Positions 1 through 12,775 of a stretch of DNA of 64,000 bases are shown in pieces. Every line of letters starts with the position of its first letter. The stretch's first letter is position 1. This DNA is from Mobula hypostoma (taxonomy: Eukaryota): contig NC_086118.1 of NCBI RefSeq assembly GCF_963921235.1, positions 13,208,001-13,272,000 on the forward strand. The letters run 5' to 3'. The notes under the pieces were generated by a model. The model searched no databases, had not been told where the DNA came from, and saw only the letters and a program-made list of their open reading frames with translations. A program made the translations under genes and the position numbers.

Positions 1-330
1 GAACACGCTACAATCCTCATTGAGGAATCGTTGGTGAGAAGGGTGAGTTCTAAGTGACAGCATCTTGGAGGATCGATCCTGGGTGCAATTATGAAGAATA
101 AATATCAGCATTTCAGAGTTTGAGGAGATCTGGTATGTGACCAAAAAATTCCCGCAAATGTTGGAGAGTATTCTGAATGACAGCATCACAGCCTAGTATG
201 GAGCTTCCAATGCACAGGATTTCAAAAGGGTGCAGAGGGTTATAGTCTGGACCAACTCTGTCACAGGCACAATCCTCCCTACCATCGAGGACAACCTCGA
301 GAGCCAGTGCCTCAAGAGGGCAGCATTGCC

Positions 331-631
331 ATTTTATTAAGAGATACAGTACACAAAAGGCTCAGCTGGCCTTCAATCCACACCACCCACCAACCCCTGG
401 CAAAACCGATTTAACCTTAGCTTAATCATGTGACAATTTACAGTGACCAATGAACTTCCCATGTACTTCCTTGGACTGTAGGAGGAAACCAGATGACCCA
501 GAGTCAGCCCACGCATTCCACCAAGGACACGTGGAGAGACTCCTTACTGAGGATGCTGGGATTAAACTCAGAACTCTGTCGCCTCGAGTGAAAATGGCAT
601 TGCATTTGCTGCTACACTACTGTGGCGCCCC
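331..631 (-). mobile_element. tRNA-derived SINE (V-SINE/HE1-like)
   Basis: Minus strand starts gggcgccacagtagtgtagc (tRNA-like head) and carries a V-domain-like ggtttcctcctacagtccaag. Homologous to copies at 3683-3980 and 59905-60186. Confidence 0.75.
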
Positions 632-700
632 GCATTAAAGATGCTCAACATCCTGGACCTGCCTTCATCGCATTAGTGCCATCAGGGAGGAGGTATAAGA

Positions 701-1381
701 ATCTTCAGAATCTCACGTGGATAGGGTGGTGAGGAAAGCTTTTGGTATGCTGGCCTACCAAATCAGAGCATTGAGTATAGGAGTTGGGATGTAATGTTGA
801 AATTGTATAAGGCATTGGTAAGGCCAAATTTGGAGTATTGTGTACAGTTCTGGTCACCAAATTATAGGAAATATGTTAATAAAATTGAGAGAGTACAGAG
901 GAGATCTACTAGAATGTCGCCTGGGTTTCATCTCCTAAGTTACAGAGAAAGGTTGAATAAGTTGGGTCTTTATTCTTTGGAGCGTAGAAGGTTGAGGGAG
1001 GACTTGATAGAGATATTTTAAAATTATGAGGGGGATAGATAGAGTTGATGTGGATAGGCTTTTTCCATTGAGAGTGCAGGAGATTCAAACAAGAGGACAA
1101 GAGTTGAGACTTAAAGGGAAGAAGTTTAGGGGTAACATGAGGGGGAACTTCTTTACTCAGAGAGTGGTAGCTGTGTGGAACGAGCTTCCAACAGAAGTGG
1201 TTGAGGCAGGTTCGATGTTGTCGTTTAAAGTTAATTTGGATAGCTATATGGACAGGAAAGGAATGGAGGGTTATGGGCTGAGTGCAGGTCGGTGGGACTG
1301 GGTGAAAGTAAGAGTTCGGCATGAACTAGAAGGGCCGAGATGGCCTGTTTCCCTGCTGTAATTGTTATATGGTTATATGGT
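701..1381 (+). mobile_element. CR1 LINE, 5'-truncated 3' end
   Basis: ORFs 794-1021 and 1026-1361 (LYKALVRPNLEYCVQFWSP, NFFTQRVVAVWNELP). Tail (TTATATGG)n. TSD TATAAGA at 694-700 and 1382-1388. Confidence 0.95.
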
Positions 1382-1977
1382 TATAAGAGCCAGAAGGCCC
1401 ACAGTCAATGATTCAGAAACAGCTTCTCTCCCATGCCATGAGATTTCTGAATGGTCTTTGATCACTACCTCATTATTCCTTCTTTTTGCTCTATTTATTT
1501 ATTTTGTAATTATAGTAATCTTTATGTCTTTTACCTTCTACTGCTGGAGGAAAAAGAAACAAATTTCAAATGATATAAGGCAATGATAATAAAGCTGATT
1601 CTGACATTTATGCTCCAGGACTTTTGCATGTTTTTCAACATAGGATCCATCAGGACTCCATGCAATGATGTACTGCACTAAAATGCAACTTGTAAAAAAA
1701 ATTAATTAATATGATTAAATGTCCTTGATATATTTAAAAGAATAATACAGCTGACAGTGGCTTCGGCAAACAAAATAATCATTTAAAATCAGTCCGATAA
1801 ACCACCTGTGTGTAATCCTTTGATAATGACTTAGAAGTTTAAAGGAACCATTCATTTCCTTGTCAAATATTGCAAGAATAAATAGTTCCTCGCCTGGCTG
1901 CAGAAATAAATATTGAAGAGGTTTTGAAATGTAACTATTGGTGTACCTGCACCTAAAACAATGAGTTTAATCTTTAT

Positions 1978-2083
1978 TCAAGAGATTCTGCAAATGCTGG
2001 AAATCCAGAGTAACACACACAAAATGCTGGAGAAGCTAAGCTGGACAGGCCGAATCTATGGAGAGGAATAAAGAGTCAACGTT
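1978..2083 (-). repeat. Penelope-like element terminal (pLTR) fragment
   Basis: gattctgcaaatgctggaaatcc...cacacaaaatgctggag...ctatggagaggaataaagagtcaacgtt matches the termini attached to GIY-YIG-bearing remnants at 10640, 20127 and 32655. Confidence 0.7.
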
Positions 2084-2659
2084 ATTCAAGTTCAATCTTT
2101 GAAGCTGTCTTGGTAGTGAAATCATTGCGATGCTTTGATCAACTTTATGCATGAATCCAACTTCTAGTGCAATATTAATTGGCCATGTATTCCAAAGATC
2201 CCAGAGATTTGTCATAGTATAAAATTTATGATTTGTTTACAAGTATTTGTGGCAATGATCTCACTGAAGCCTTGTACAATTGTATTAAGACAATACAGAA
2301 ACCATTTCTTTTGACCACTAGTTCCATGCTGATCATCAAGAATCCATCTGTTGAGCCACCCAACAGGTCTGAGAAAGTTGCTCCCCATGAAGATGAGAGT
2401 TGGGGCTGTGGGAAGGATGAGTAACTGAACTGTCGCACTCTGGTTCAGGTAGCCATTCAAAAGGGGTGGAGAAGAGAAATGCAGTTGTGATTGGGGATTG
2501 TATAGTCAGGAAGAATAGACACAGTTCTCTTTTGAAAGGTCCAAGAGTCCTCAAGGTTGTTTTGTCTGCATGGTGCCTGGGTTCAGGACATCTCATCTGA
2601 TCTGCAGAGAAATTTGGAGTGGGAAGGGAATAATCCAGTTGCCATGGTTCATGTGGAAG

Positions 2660-3457
2660 TGTCACATACACCGTGATGAGTTAAAGAACCAGCAGAAATG
2701 GAAAGCACTTTGGAGTCTGGTATTGCTGTTAACTAATGCTATTTATTAGTAACTACGCAGTACAGTAATATAAATTCAGATATATCAAACAGGTTAGCAA
2801 TGATTATGTATAAGTATGGAAATATAAAAACCAAGCTTCTTCAAGCCTAGGGGTTAAATGGATACAGTCTTACAATGATGAGTAAAGGGAATCAGTTCAG
2901 TTCATGGTATTTAGTGGAGTAGTGATGGAGAGAGAGAGGTGTTGTGGTTGTCCGAGTAAGCCGATGCTGTCGATCCTTTCCGTTGTCCTCAAAAACTTCC
3001 AAGTTAGCCAAACTTGACCAACTTAAGAGCACCATCTTCAAGTGATAGTCTACCAACCCAGGCAAGGGTTAGACACACAGGTAGACTCCACAGGGTCGCT
3101 CTTTCACGCACTAATAATCACAGATCGGTCCCTCATAATCGATCCTCAGTCCCACACTCGTGGGCACCTGAACAGGATAGTGGTAACTTTGCCACACCCT
3201 AATGTGTCTGCGTGTCCTGTGAAACAGGCAATTACGCTGGTTTAAATACAGTTGTGCTGAACACCAGCTGTCCATCAAGTAGCTCCTCCCTTCTCTCTCT
3301 GTAGGAACTCAGAAGCTGGTGGTGTCTTTGCAGAAATTCCAAACAAACTGTGAGCAGTTTTCGCCTCAATAACAAGTTGTTTGTGCTGTACAGCTGCACG
3401 CTCTCTCTTTCTTTTTAAAGGAACAGTCCATAATGAATAACTCAGGATATCGTCACA
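2660..3457 (-). mobile_element. Solo LTR (798 bp) inserted in CR1 ORF1
   Basis: Termini TGT...ACA. 4-bp TSD GAAG at 2656-2659 and 3458-3461. CR1 ORF1 continues on both sides. Orientation inferred from minus-strand AATAAA (~2742) and TATTTAAA (~3241). Confidence 0.85.
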
Positions 3458-3682
3458 GAAGAACAAGGAAAGATGTTCTGCTGAGAGACTTTGAGCAGTT
3501 AGGGATTAAATTAAAACACAGGACCAAAAAGGTAACACTCTCCGGATTGTTAACTGAACCACGTGCAAAGTGGCAAAGGGTTAACAGGATCAGAGAGCTA
3601 AACATGTGGCTCAAAGATTGGTGTGGAAGAAGTGGATTTGAATTTCTGTGACATAGGGTCCAGTATTGGGGAAGGAAGAAGA

Positions 3683-3980
3683 TTTTGTTTTTAATTTTTA
3701 CTTATCTATCTATCGAGATACAGCACAGAATAGCCTCTTCCAGCCCTTCAAGACATAGTGTCCAACAACTCCCAACTTAACCCTAGCCAAATCATGGGAC
3801 AAATTACCATCACCAATAAACTAACCAACCGGTGTCTTTGGACTGTGGGAAGAAACTGTAGCACCAGGAGGAATCCCAGGTGTTCACGGGGAGAATGTAC
3901 AAACTCCTTAAAGACAGTGGATGAAATTGAGCCTGGGTAACTGGTACTGTAAAGTATTGTGAAACCACCATGCTACTGTG
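3683..3980 (-). mobile_element. tRNA-derived V-SINE-like copy inside CR1 ORF1
   Basis: Minus strand cacagtagcatggtggtt...ccaggctcaattt (degenerate box B)...gagtttgtacattctccccgtg...cccacagtccaaagac. Confidence 0.8.
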
Positions 3981-4217
3981 TTCCAATGGGACGGGCTCCA
4001 CCTGAACCATGCTGGGACTAGGATCCTGCTGAGTTGTAAACTGGGGTTGTGAATAGAGCTTTAAACTAAATAATAAGGGGATGGGGGTTGAATTCAACAG
4101 TTTGGAAAAATGGAGGATAAAGTAAGAGGGAAGGACAATGCAGTAGAGTTACGAGCATCTCCAGAATAAAGAAAAAGACAGATTTAGAAAGTGATAAGAA
4201 TTTAACTTCTGGTAACG

Positions 4218-4745
4218 TTCAAGTACAAGTTCAAGTTTAATGATCATTCAACCATGCATAAATATAGTCAAACAAGACAGCAAAACACATTCCTAACAAC
4301 ACACAGAACACAGCACATCGCACAAATGGCACATATGCTTACGGTTTCAGAAAACCATACAGTCACAAAGAGAGAAAAAAAGATATATAGCCCAAGTCCC
4401 TGTGTGGCATGACTAAATTGATGGTAGCTTTTCCTGATCATGCTTGTTCTTCCACCAAGTGAACAGTGGAGGGCAGCACTGAGCAAACACTGCAACAAAT
4501 GAACACTGGAGGGCAGCACTATCTTGGTGTCTCCTCCCCTGGCAACTGCAACTGGCCATTCCAGGCGTAGTCTTTACCACAATGGAGGCAACAGAGCTCC
4601 TCCGCCTTCGGTTCGCCAATGAATCAGTGAACAGGACTTGCAGTATTCTACATTAACAATGTCCAACAGGGTCTTGCAATCACAATAAAAACCTGCAAGA
4701 CATTCACTTGTAACTTTTCTTGGACCGTGCACCATCTCAGCACAA
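4218..4745 (-). mobile_element. Non-autonomous retroposon-like insertion with (CTTGAA)-like tail
   Basis: Interrupts the CR1 between ORF1 and ORF2. Tandem ttcaag units at the left end followed by tttaat. Right boundary approximate. Confidence 0.5.
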
Positions 4746-7319
4746 GGGTATGTCCAGGTGACCACACAACAATGGTACGTAATTATTCCAGCTCCATTGT
4801 TATTAAGCCAACTTGCTGATGGGATAGTCCTGCAGTATTTCATGTTCTTTACGTTTAGCAGTAACCAGTAGTCATAAAAAAAGACGTACAAGATGAATAG
4901 ATGCACATTTGATTGGACTCGGAATGACTACAGCATTTGAGTACAATGAGTCAAGGCTGACAGAAGATCACAATTAGGAGCTTAGCATGCAAGGATATAA
5001 ATTGTATAGGAAGGATAGGCAGGTAGACAGAGGGGGTGGGATATTTCTTTTGGTAAAAAATGATATCAAATCCTTGGCAAGAGGTGGCACAGGATCCGAA
5101 GATGCAGAATCAATGTGGGTCGAGTTAAGAAACTGCAAAGGTAAAAAGACCCCGATGAGAGTGATATACAGGCCCCGAACAGTATCCAGGATGTCGGGTA
5201 CAAATTACAATGGGAGACAGAAAAAGCATGTAGAAAGGGCAAAGTTACAATGGGCATGAGGGAGTTCATTATGCTGGTTGATTGAGAAAATTAGGTTGGT
5301 GTGGGATCCTAAGAGAAGGAATTTGTAGAAGATTCTCAAGATGGCTTTTTAAAACAGCCTGTGGTTGAGCCCACTAGGGAAAGGGCAATTCTGGATAGAG
5401 TTTTGTGTCATGGACCTAATTTGATTTGGAAGCTTAAGGTGAATGAACACTGAGGAGGCAATAATCTTCATATGATAGAATTCATCCTGCAGTTTGAGAG
5501 GGAGAAGCTAAAAACAAATGTATTCGAAAGACATTGGAGAGGCATGAGAGAGGAGCAGGCCAAAATTGATAGCACGTGGACACCAGCAGAGATGATTGCA
5601 GAGCACCAATGGCTGGAGTTTCTGGGAGCAATTCAGAAGGTATAGGATAGATTCAAAGAGAGCACATAATATAGCAAAAATAGCCAAAGGATTGGAAAGA
5701 TTTTAAAAGCCAACAAAAGGCAACTAAAAAAGCAATAAGGAAAGAAAAGATGAAATATGAAGGTAAGTTAACCAATAATATAAAACAGGGTACCGAAAGA
5801 TTTTTTCAGAAATATTAAGAGTAAAAGTGAGGTGAGAGTGGATAGCGGACCACTGGAAGATGACGCTGGAGATGAAGTGATGGGGGGGGGACAAAGAACT
5901 GTCAAGAGAACTCAATAGATATTGTGCATTAGAGTTTGCTGTGGAAGACCTGCAGATGGTCTTTGACAAGGTGCTACACATGAGGCTGCTAAACATGATA
6001 GGAGTCTGTGATATTATAAGAAAGATATTAGTATGGATAGATTCGCTGATTGGCATGAGACAAAGAATGGGAATAAAGGGAACCTTTTCTGGTTAGCTGC
6101 CAGTGATTAGTGGCGTTCCACAGGGGTTGGTATAAGAACTGCTTCTTCTCCTGTCATATGTTAATGATCTGGATGATGGAATTGATAGCTTTGTAACCGG
6201 ATATGCGGATGATAGACAGATTAGTGGAGGGATAGGTAGTGTTGACGAAGCAGAGAGTCTGCAGATGGACTTAAATAGAGTAGGAGAATGTACAAAGCGG
6301 TGGCAGATGAAGTACAATGTAGAGAAGAGTATGGTCCTGCACTTTGGTAGAAGGAATAAAGGTGTAGTTTATTTTATAAACAGGGAGCAAATTCAGAAAT
6401 CAGAGGTGTAAAAGGACTTGGAAGTCCTTGTGCAGGGTTCCCTAAAGGTTAACTTGCAGGTTGAGTCCATAGTAAGGAAGACAAAGGCAATATTAGCATT
6501 CATTTCAAGAGGACTAAAATATAAAAGCAAGGATGTAATGCTGAGGCTTTATAAAGCATTTGTCAGGTTGCACTTGGAGTATGGTGAGCAGTTTTGGGCT
6601 CCTTATCTCAGAAAAGATGTGCTGGCATTGAAGACGGTCTGAAAAAGGTTCACAAGAATGATCCCAAGAATAAAAGGGTTAACTTGTGAAGAGTGTAGGC
6701 TTTGGGCCTGCACTCACTGAAATTTAGAAGAATGAGAGGGGGAATCTCATTGAAATCTGTTGAATATTGAAAGGTCCAGTTAGAATGGACGTAGAGAGGA
6801 TATTTCCCTCAATGGGAGAGTCGAGGACCAGAGGTCACAGCCTCAGAACTCAAAGGACATTGCTTTAGAACAGATGAAGAAAATTTTCTTCAGTAAAGTG
6901 TGATAAATCTGCAGAATTCATTGCCACAGGACACTGTAGAGGCCAAGGCATGAGGTATATTTAAAGCCAAGATTGATAGGTTCTTAATTAGTAAGGGTGT
7001 CAAAGATTACAGCGAGAAGGTCAGAAAATGAGATTGAGAGGGATAATAAATCAGCGATAACAGAATGGTGAAGCAGACTTAATTCTGCTCCTGTGTCTTA
7101 TGGTTTTATAGTTTTATCCTTATGTCAGTTTCCTATATCCATCCATGCCTTTCAATTCTGAAGTCTGTCTACATACTTTATAAATCTTGTGACAGTACCT
7201 GCCCGCAGCATGATTACACAATGTGTTCCAGACTATATCAAAGTATTTTTCCTAAGATCCCCGCTATCCCTTTTACATCTAAGAACTACTAAAATTGAAT
7301 AAGAATAGTATTGGGGAGT

Positions 7320-7998
7320 TTAGATTAGATTAGATTATGATAATGAGGATACACAGTCCTCTTTTTATTGTCATTTAGTAATGCATGCATTAAGAAATGA
7401 TACAATATTCCTCCGGTGTGATATCACAGAAATACAAGACAGACCAAGACTGAAGAACTGACAAAAACCACATAATTATAACATATAGTTACAACAGCGC
7501 AAGCAATACTGTAACTTGATGAAGAACAGGCCATGGGCACGGTAGAAAAAATTCAAAGTCTCTTGAAAGTCCCATGATCTCACACAGACAGGAGAAGGAA
7601 GAAAACTTTCCCTGCCATGCTTCCAGAGCTGCAAACTTGTCGATGCAGCATCCTGGAAACACCCGACTGCAGTCCGACTGCGAGTCGTCCGAAAACTTCG
7701 AGCATCTGACCAGCCCTCGGACGCCGAGCACCATCTCTGCCAAGCGCTTCGACCCCAGCCCCGGCCGCCATCAACAGGCAAAGCCGAGGATTTGGGGCCT
7801 ATCCTCTGGAGATTCTCGATCACACAGTAGCAGCAGCAGCGAACCGGGCATTTCAAAAGACTCTCCAGAAGTTCCTCTGTGCTTCTCATATCTGTCTCCA
7901 TCAAATCAGAATTATGCACGGCCCCCTATTTAACAAATACAATATCATTTCACCAGAGAGGCCGCGCGCACTGCGTCGCGCCACCATCTTCTCCTCCC
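7320..7998 (-). mobile_element. Non-autonomous non-coding retroposon with (TAATC)n tail, copy 1
   Basis: Minus strand begins gggaggagaagatggtggcg and ends aaatgacaataaa...gaggat/cctc stem...(taatc)n. Collinear with 14325-14946. Confidence 0.8.
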
Positions 7999-8565
7999 AC
8001 CATTAAAGAAAGATTTTCATATTTTCACCAAGGATCGATCAGGGAGACCCAGATAAATGCACCCAGAATGTGATAAATTGAACACAGAAGCTTTTTTGTC
8101 TGCAGGTAAAAATAAAGTATGTGCAGCCTATCCCTTGAGGATTCAAGCTTTGGAATTCCGCAGCTTTTTCTGGCTGATTGCGCAAATGCGTTGTTCTAGT
8201 GCACGTTCTTTGCATTATCCCTCTACCATACATTGCTGATGCTCCTTTGTTTTCCTAAACTCTATCACAGTGCTTTATCTCATCCAACTCTCCAAAACCT
8301 TCCCCAAAGAATTTCTTAAATGTTTCTTGCCACATCCTGCTTTGTTTCCCTGCTTCTCTGTGGACAATTGTTACTCTGTGTCACAATCAAGTAGATAATG
8401 TGGCAGATGGGAAATTTAACAAGACACAATTTCACGATGAAGATAAATGATTCCCAATGGTTCTGGCACCAGATTTCCTCTCTGATTGACTGATTTACCT
8501 TGTAACAACGTTAAAATTTGGAATCCTAAGAATAAATGTAAATCATTTACCCAAAATGGGCAGAA

Positions 8566-8796
8566 GTGGGGGAGGGAACATCGACTCAGACCATGAGAGG
8601 CCTGCGTCGGGCATTTTCATGCCTCACAAGGGGCAGATTGGAAGTCTGTGTGGCCGCCACTCCTCGCACAGACTAGAGCAACGTGTGGTTAAGTGCCTTG
8701 CTCAAGGGCACAAACACGCTGCCACAGCTGAGGCTCAAACTAGCAACCTTGAGGTAACTAGACGAACATCTTAACCACTTGGCCACATGTCCAACA
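8566..8796 (-). mobile_element. tRNA-derived SINE (CORE-like)
   Basis: Minus strand gtggccaagtggttaag (box A), agtttgagcc (degenerate box B), then gtgcccttgagcaaggcacttaacc, which resembles the CORE-SINE domain. Confidence 0.7.
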
Positions 8797-8814
8797 GAGT
8801 TGCCTTTACGTAAA

Positions 8815-10028
8815 AACATAAGAATATAAGAAATAGGAGCAGGAGTTGGCCATCCGGTCCATCGAGCCTGCCCCGCCATTCAATAAGATCATGGCTGATC
8901 TGTCCGTAAACTCAGCTCCATCTACCTGCCTTTTCCCCATAACCCTTAATTCCCCTACTGCATAAAAATCTATCTAACTGCATCTTAAATATATTTAGTG
9001 AAGAAGCCTCAATTGCTTCCCTGGGCAGAGAATTCCACAGATTCACCACTCTCTGGGAAAAACAGTTTCTCCTCATCTCCGTCCTAAATCTTCTCCCCTG
9101 AATCTTGAGGCAATGTCCCCTAGTTCTAGTCTCACCTACCAATGGAAACAACTTTCCTACTTCTATCTTATCTATTCCTTTCAAAATTTTGTATGTTTCT
9201 ATAAGATCCCTTCTCATTCTTCTGAATTTCAGAGAGTAAAGTCCCAGGTGACTCTATCGCTCCTCATAGGTTAACCCCTTCATCCCTGAAATCAACCCAG
9301 TGAACCTTCCGTGCACTGCCTCCAAAGCCAGTATATCCTTCCTCAAGTATGGAGACCAGAACTGCACACAGTACTCTAGGTGCGGCCTCACCAGTACCCT
9401 GTATAGTTGCAGCATGACCTCCCTGCTCTTGAATTCAATACCTCTAGCAATGAAGGCCAACATTCCGTTTGTCTTCTTAATAACCTTCTGTACCTGCAAG
9501 CCAACTTTTTGCGATTCATGAACAAGCACTCCCAAGTCCCTCTGCCCAACAGCATGCTGCAATCCTTCACCATTTAAATAAAATCTTCTCTTCTATTATT
9601 CCTTCCAAAGTCGATAATCTCGCATTTACCAGCGTTGTATTCCATCTGCCAGACCTTGGCCCACTCACTCAACCTATTTATATCCCTCTGCAGACTCTCC
9701 ACATCTTCTGTACAATTTGCTTTTCCACTCAGTTAAATGTCATCAGCAAATTTTGCTACACTACTCTCAGTCCCCTCTTCCAAATCATCAGTGTCAATGG
9801 TAAACAGCTGCGGGCCCAGCACCAATCCCTGCGGCACCCCACTCACCACTGACTGCCAACCGGAGAAACACCCATTTATACCAACTGTCTGCCTTCTGTT
9901 GGTTAACCAATTCATTATCCATGCCAATACATTTCCTCCGACTCCATGCATCCGTAACTTATCTGTAAGTCTCTTGTGCGGCACCTCATCGAACGCCTTC
10001 TGGAAATGCAAGTATACGACATCCAGCC
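8815..10028 (-). mobile_element. CR1 LINE 3' portion (RT C-terminal half)
   Basis: ORFs 9733-10011 (FQKAFD, SGVPQG, KFADD), 9254-9562 and 8912-9217. Tail cctatttcttatattcttatgt. Confidence 0.95.
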
Positions 10029-10639
10029 GTGAATACTTTACATTCTTTTCCTCATAACAATTTACTTTTCAGGTGTGCAGTCTTTTTCTCTCAACTTCCC
10101 AGTTTTCAAAGTTGACCTTGAATTTATTTTCCTTTCTGTTTCTGTAACCATTTATCAGATAAATTTTACTAAGCTGTGCTAAAGTTAGACAGTTTAATCA
10201 TGTCCAACTTTCCTACAAACAGTGACTGTGTTAACACTAATATAAACTTTGTTATTAATGAGAGCAGTTCAATTTTTAATCTGCATTATCAGCCATTGCA
10301 TAAACCTGCCAAAGTGAAAAGAATTATTATATATTTGGAAGAAAAATACGAAGTATAGGTGAATACTGAAGAAAGCCAAATCATGGTTTGCTGGATGAAT
10401 AGAACACTGCCAGCATCTAATGTGTTTTTTCTCAATGGTTGTTAGCTCTTTGGTTCCAGCAAAGTCAGTGGACATTTTGCTGCTCTGACTGTATTATAAA
10501 GAAGATCTGTTGGATCCTGTTACACATAAAGAAGAGTGAAGATTAGGGATGGATGAGGGGTGCATCAACACCATTTTGATCATTGCAGGAAATTCATATC
10601 ATTCAGATCAAAATGCCTACAGCATTGTAAACAAATACC

Positions 10640-11850
10640 CTAAAATGTTGTAGATGCTGGAGATCCTGGGCAACACACACAAAGTGCTGGAGGAACTCAA
10701 CAAGTCAGGCAGCATCTAGGGAGGGGAAAAGATGTTCAACACCTCAAGCCGAGGCCGTTGATCAGGACTGGAGAGGAAGGAGGCAGAAGCAAGAATAAGA
10801 AGGTGTGAGGAGGGGAAAGATGCCGACAGGTGATCGGTGAAACCAGATGAGAAGTGGGGTGGGTGGGGGGAAGGAGATGTGAAGTAAGATGCTGGGAGGT
10901 GCTAGGTGGAAGTGGTGAACGGCTGAACAAGAAGGAAATCAATAGGAGAGAACAGTGGCTCTTCCAACTTGAAGTGTATCTCTTTCTAAGCTGAGTGTAG
11001 CCTCAATGTGGCAGTAGAGGAAGCCATGGACAAAAATATTGGAGTGGGAATAAGAAGTCAAATTGAAATGGCTGCCCCTGGGAAATCTCGACTTTTGTGG
11101 TGGGCAGAACACAGGCCTTGATGAAGCATTCCCAATCTACATCGGTCTCAGTAATGTAAAGGAGGTCACATTGGATAGAAAAGATGACTCCAACAGACTC
11201 ACAGATGAAGTGTTGCCTCATCTGAAAGGACTATATGGGGCGCTGGATGGTGGTGAGGGAGCAAGTGTAGGGGCAGGTGTAGCACTTGCTCTGCTTGCAG
11301 GGACATGTGCCAGGAGGGACATCAGTGGGGAGAGATAAGTACACAAGAGTCACTCAGAGAGCAATCTCTATGGAAAGCCAAGAAAGGGGGAGGTGAAGAT
11401 GGAAAGATCTGCTTAGAGGTAGGATCCAGTCATAGATGGCGGAAGTTACAGAGTCTGACATGCTGGATGCAGAGGCTCATGAAGTTGTAAGTAAGGTCAA
11501 AGGGAGCCCTATTCCTGTCATGGCAGTGGGAGGGATGCGGTGATGGCAGATGTGTAGGAAATGGAGGTGAAACAGGTGAAGGCAGCATCAATGGTTGATT
11601 CTTTGAAGCAGTATATCTCAGATACTATAAAATAGAAAGTCTCATCCTGAGAACAGATGTGGGTCAAATGGAGTAACAGTGAAAAGGGAATAGCATTTTT
11701 ACATGGATCAGGATGGAAAGAGCTACAGTCAAAGATAGCTGTGAGAGCCATTTGGTTTATGAAAGATATCAGTAGATCGTGTCTCCAGAGATGGAGACAG
11801 AGCGATGAAAAAAAGGGAAAGAGGTATCAACGATGGGTTTGGTCATGGTA
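10640..11850 (-). mobile_element. Penelope-like element, decayed (RT C-terminus + GIY-YIG + pLTR)
   Basis: CKNAIPFSLLLHLTHICSQDE (ORF 11518-11751) and RQHFICESVGVIF...LLYITET (ORF 11003-11221). Pyrimidine-rich 3' region and terminal repeat at 10640-10770. Confidence 0.85.
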
Positions 11851-11922
11851 TCTACCCAAATTATTTTAAATATGTCATTTAATATGTGGATCCATAATTA
11901 AATGAACCAGGCAACATGGATT

Positions 11923-12775
11923 ATAGTCATAGTCATAGTCATACTTTATTGATCCCGGGGGAAATTGGTTTTCATTACAGTTGCACGATAAATAATAAAT
12001 AGTAATAAAACCATAAATAGTTAAATAGTAACATGTAAATTATGCCAGTAAATTATGAAATAAGTCCAGGACCAGCCTATTAGCTCAGGGTGTCTGACCC
12101 GCCAAGGGAGGAGTTGTAAAGTTTGATTGCCACAGGCAGGAATGACTTCCTATGACGCTCTGTGTTGCATCTCGGTGGAATGAGTCTCTGGCTGAATGTA
12201 CTCCTGTGCCCACCCAGTACATTATGTAGTGGACGGGAGATATTGACCAAGATGGCATGCAACTTAGACAGCAGCCTCTTTTCAGACACCACCGTGAGAG
12301 AGTCCAGTTCCATCCCCACAACATCACTGGCCTTACGAATGAGTTTGTTGATTCTGTTGGTGTCTGCTACCCTCAGCCTGCTGCCCCAGCACACAACAGC
12401 AAACATGATAGCATTGGCCACCACAGACTCACAGAATATCCTAAGCATCATCCGGCAGATGTTAAAGGACCTCAGTCTCCTCAGGAAATAGAGACGGCTC
12501 TGACCCTTCTTGTAGACAGCCTCAGTGTTCTTTGATCAGTCCAGTTTATTGTCAATTCGTATCCCCAGGTATTTGTAATCATCCACCATGTCCACACTGA
12601 TCCCCTGGATGGAAACAGGGGTCACCGGTACCTTAGCTCTCCTCAGGTCTACCACCAGCTCCTTAGTCTTTTTCACATTAAGCTGCAGATAATTCTGCTC
12701 ACACCATGTGACAAAGTTTCCTACTGTAGCCCTGTACTCAACCTCATCTCCCTTGCTGATGCATCCAACTATGGT
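11923..12775 (-). mobile_element. Rex1/Babar-like LINE 3' end, relatively young
   Basis: ORFs 12536-12811 (WCEQNYLQLNVKKTKELVVD, YKYLG) and 12080-12451 (ESVVANAIMFAVVCWG, RHRKSFLPVAIKLYN). AATAAA followed by a (GACTAT)3 tail. Confidence 0.9.

Larger units (their letters stand above)
1..1605 (+). mobile_element. Rex1/Babar-like LINE 3' fragment, interrupted by a SINE (331-631) and a CR1 (701-1381)
   Basis: Decayed RT C-terminal motifs ESIL..SITA.YG..AQDFKRVQRV (~164-243) and KD.QHPG..F..LVPSGRRY (~638-697). The frame resumes after 1388 (FRNSF) and ends aataaagctgattctga at ~1588-1604. Confidence 0.8.
2440..7115 (+). mobile_element. Near-full-length decayed CR1 LINE (ORF1 SGNH esterase + ORF2 APE/RT) with three nested insertions
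   Basis: ORF1: AVVIGD.IVR (~2481), RELNMWLKDWC (ORF 3433-3651), WDGLHLN (~3987). ORF2: GYKLYRKDR..RGGG (4987-5259), SGVPQG (~6109), LYKAFVRLHLEY (6418-6642). Tail tcttatggttttatag at ~7096-7110. Confidence 0.9.

Noticed and set aside
7476..7933. Overlapping ORFs on both strands (also 14573-14917)
   Set aside because: GC-rich repeat body; frames are not preserved between the two copies.
8720..8796. tRNA gene (also at 60110-60186)
   Set aside because: tRNA-like SINE heads with degenerate boxes, attached SINE bodies and no complete cloverleaf.
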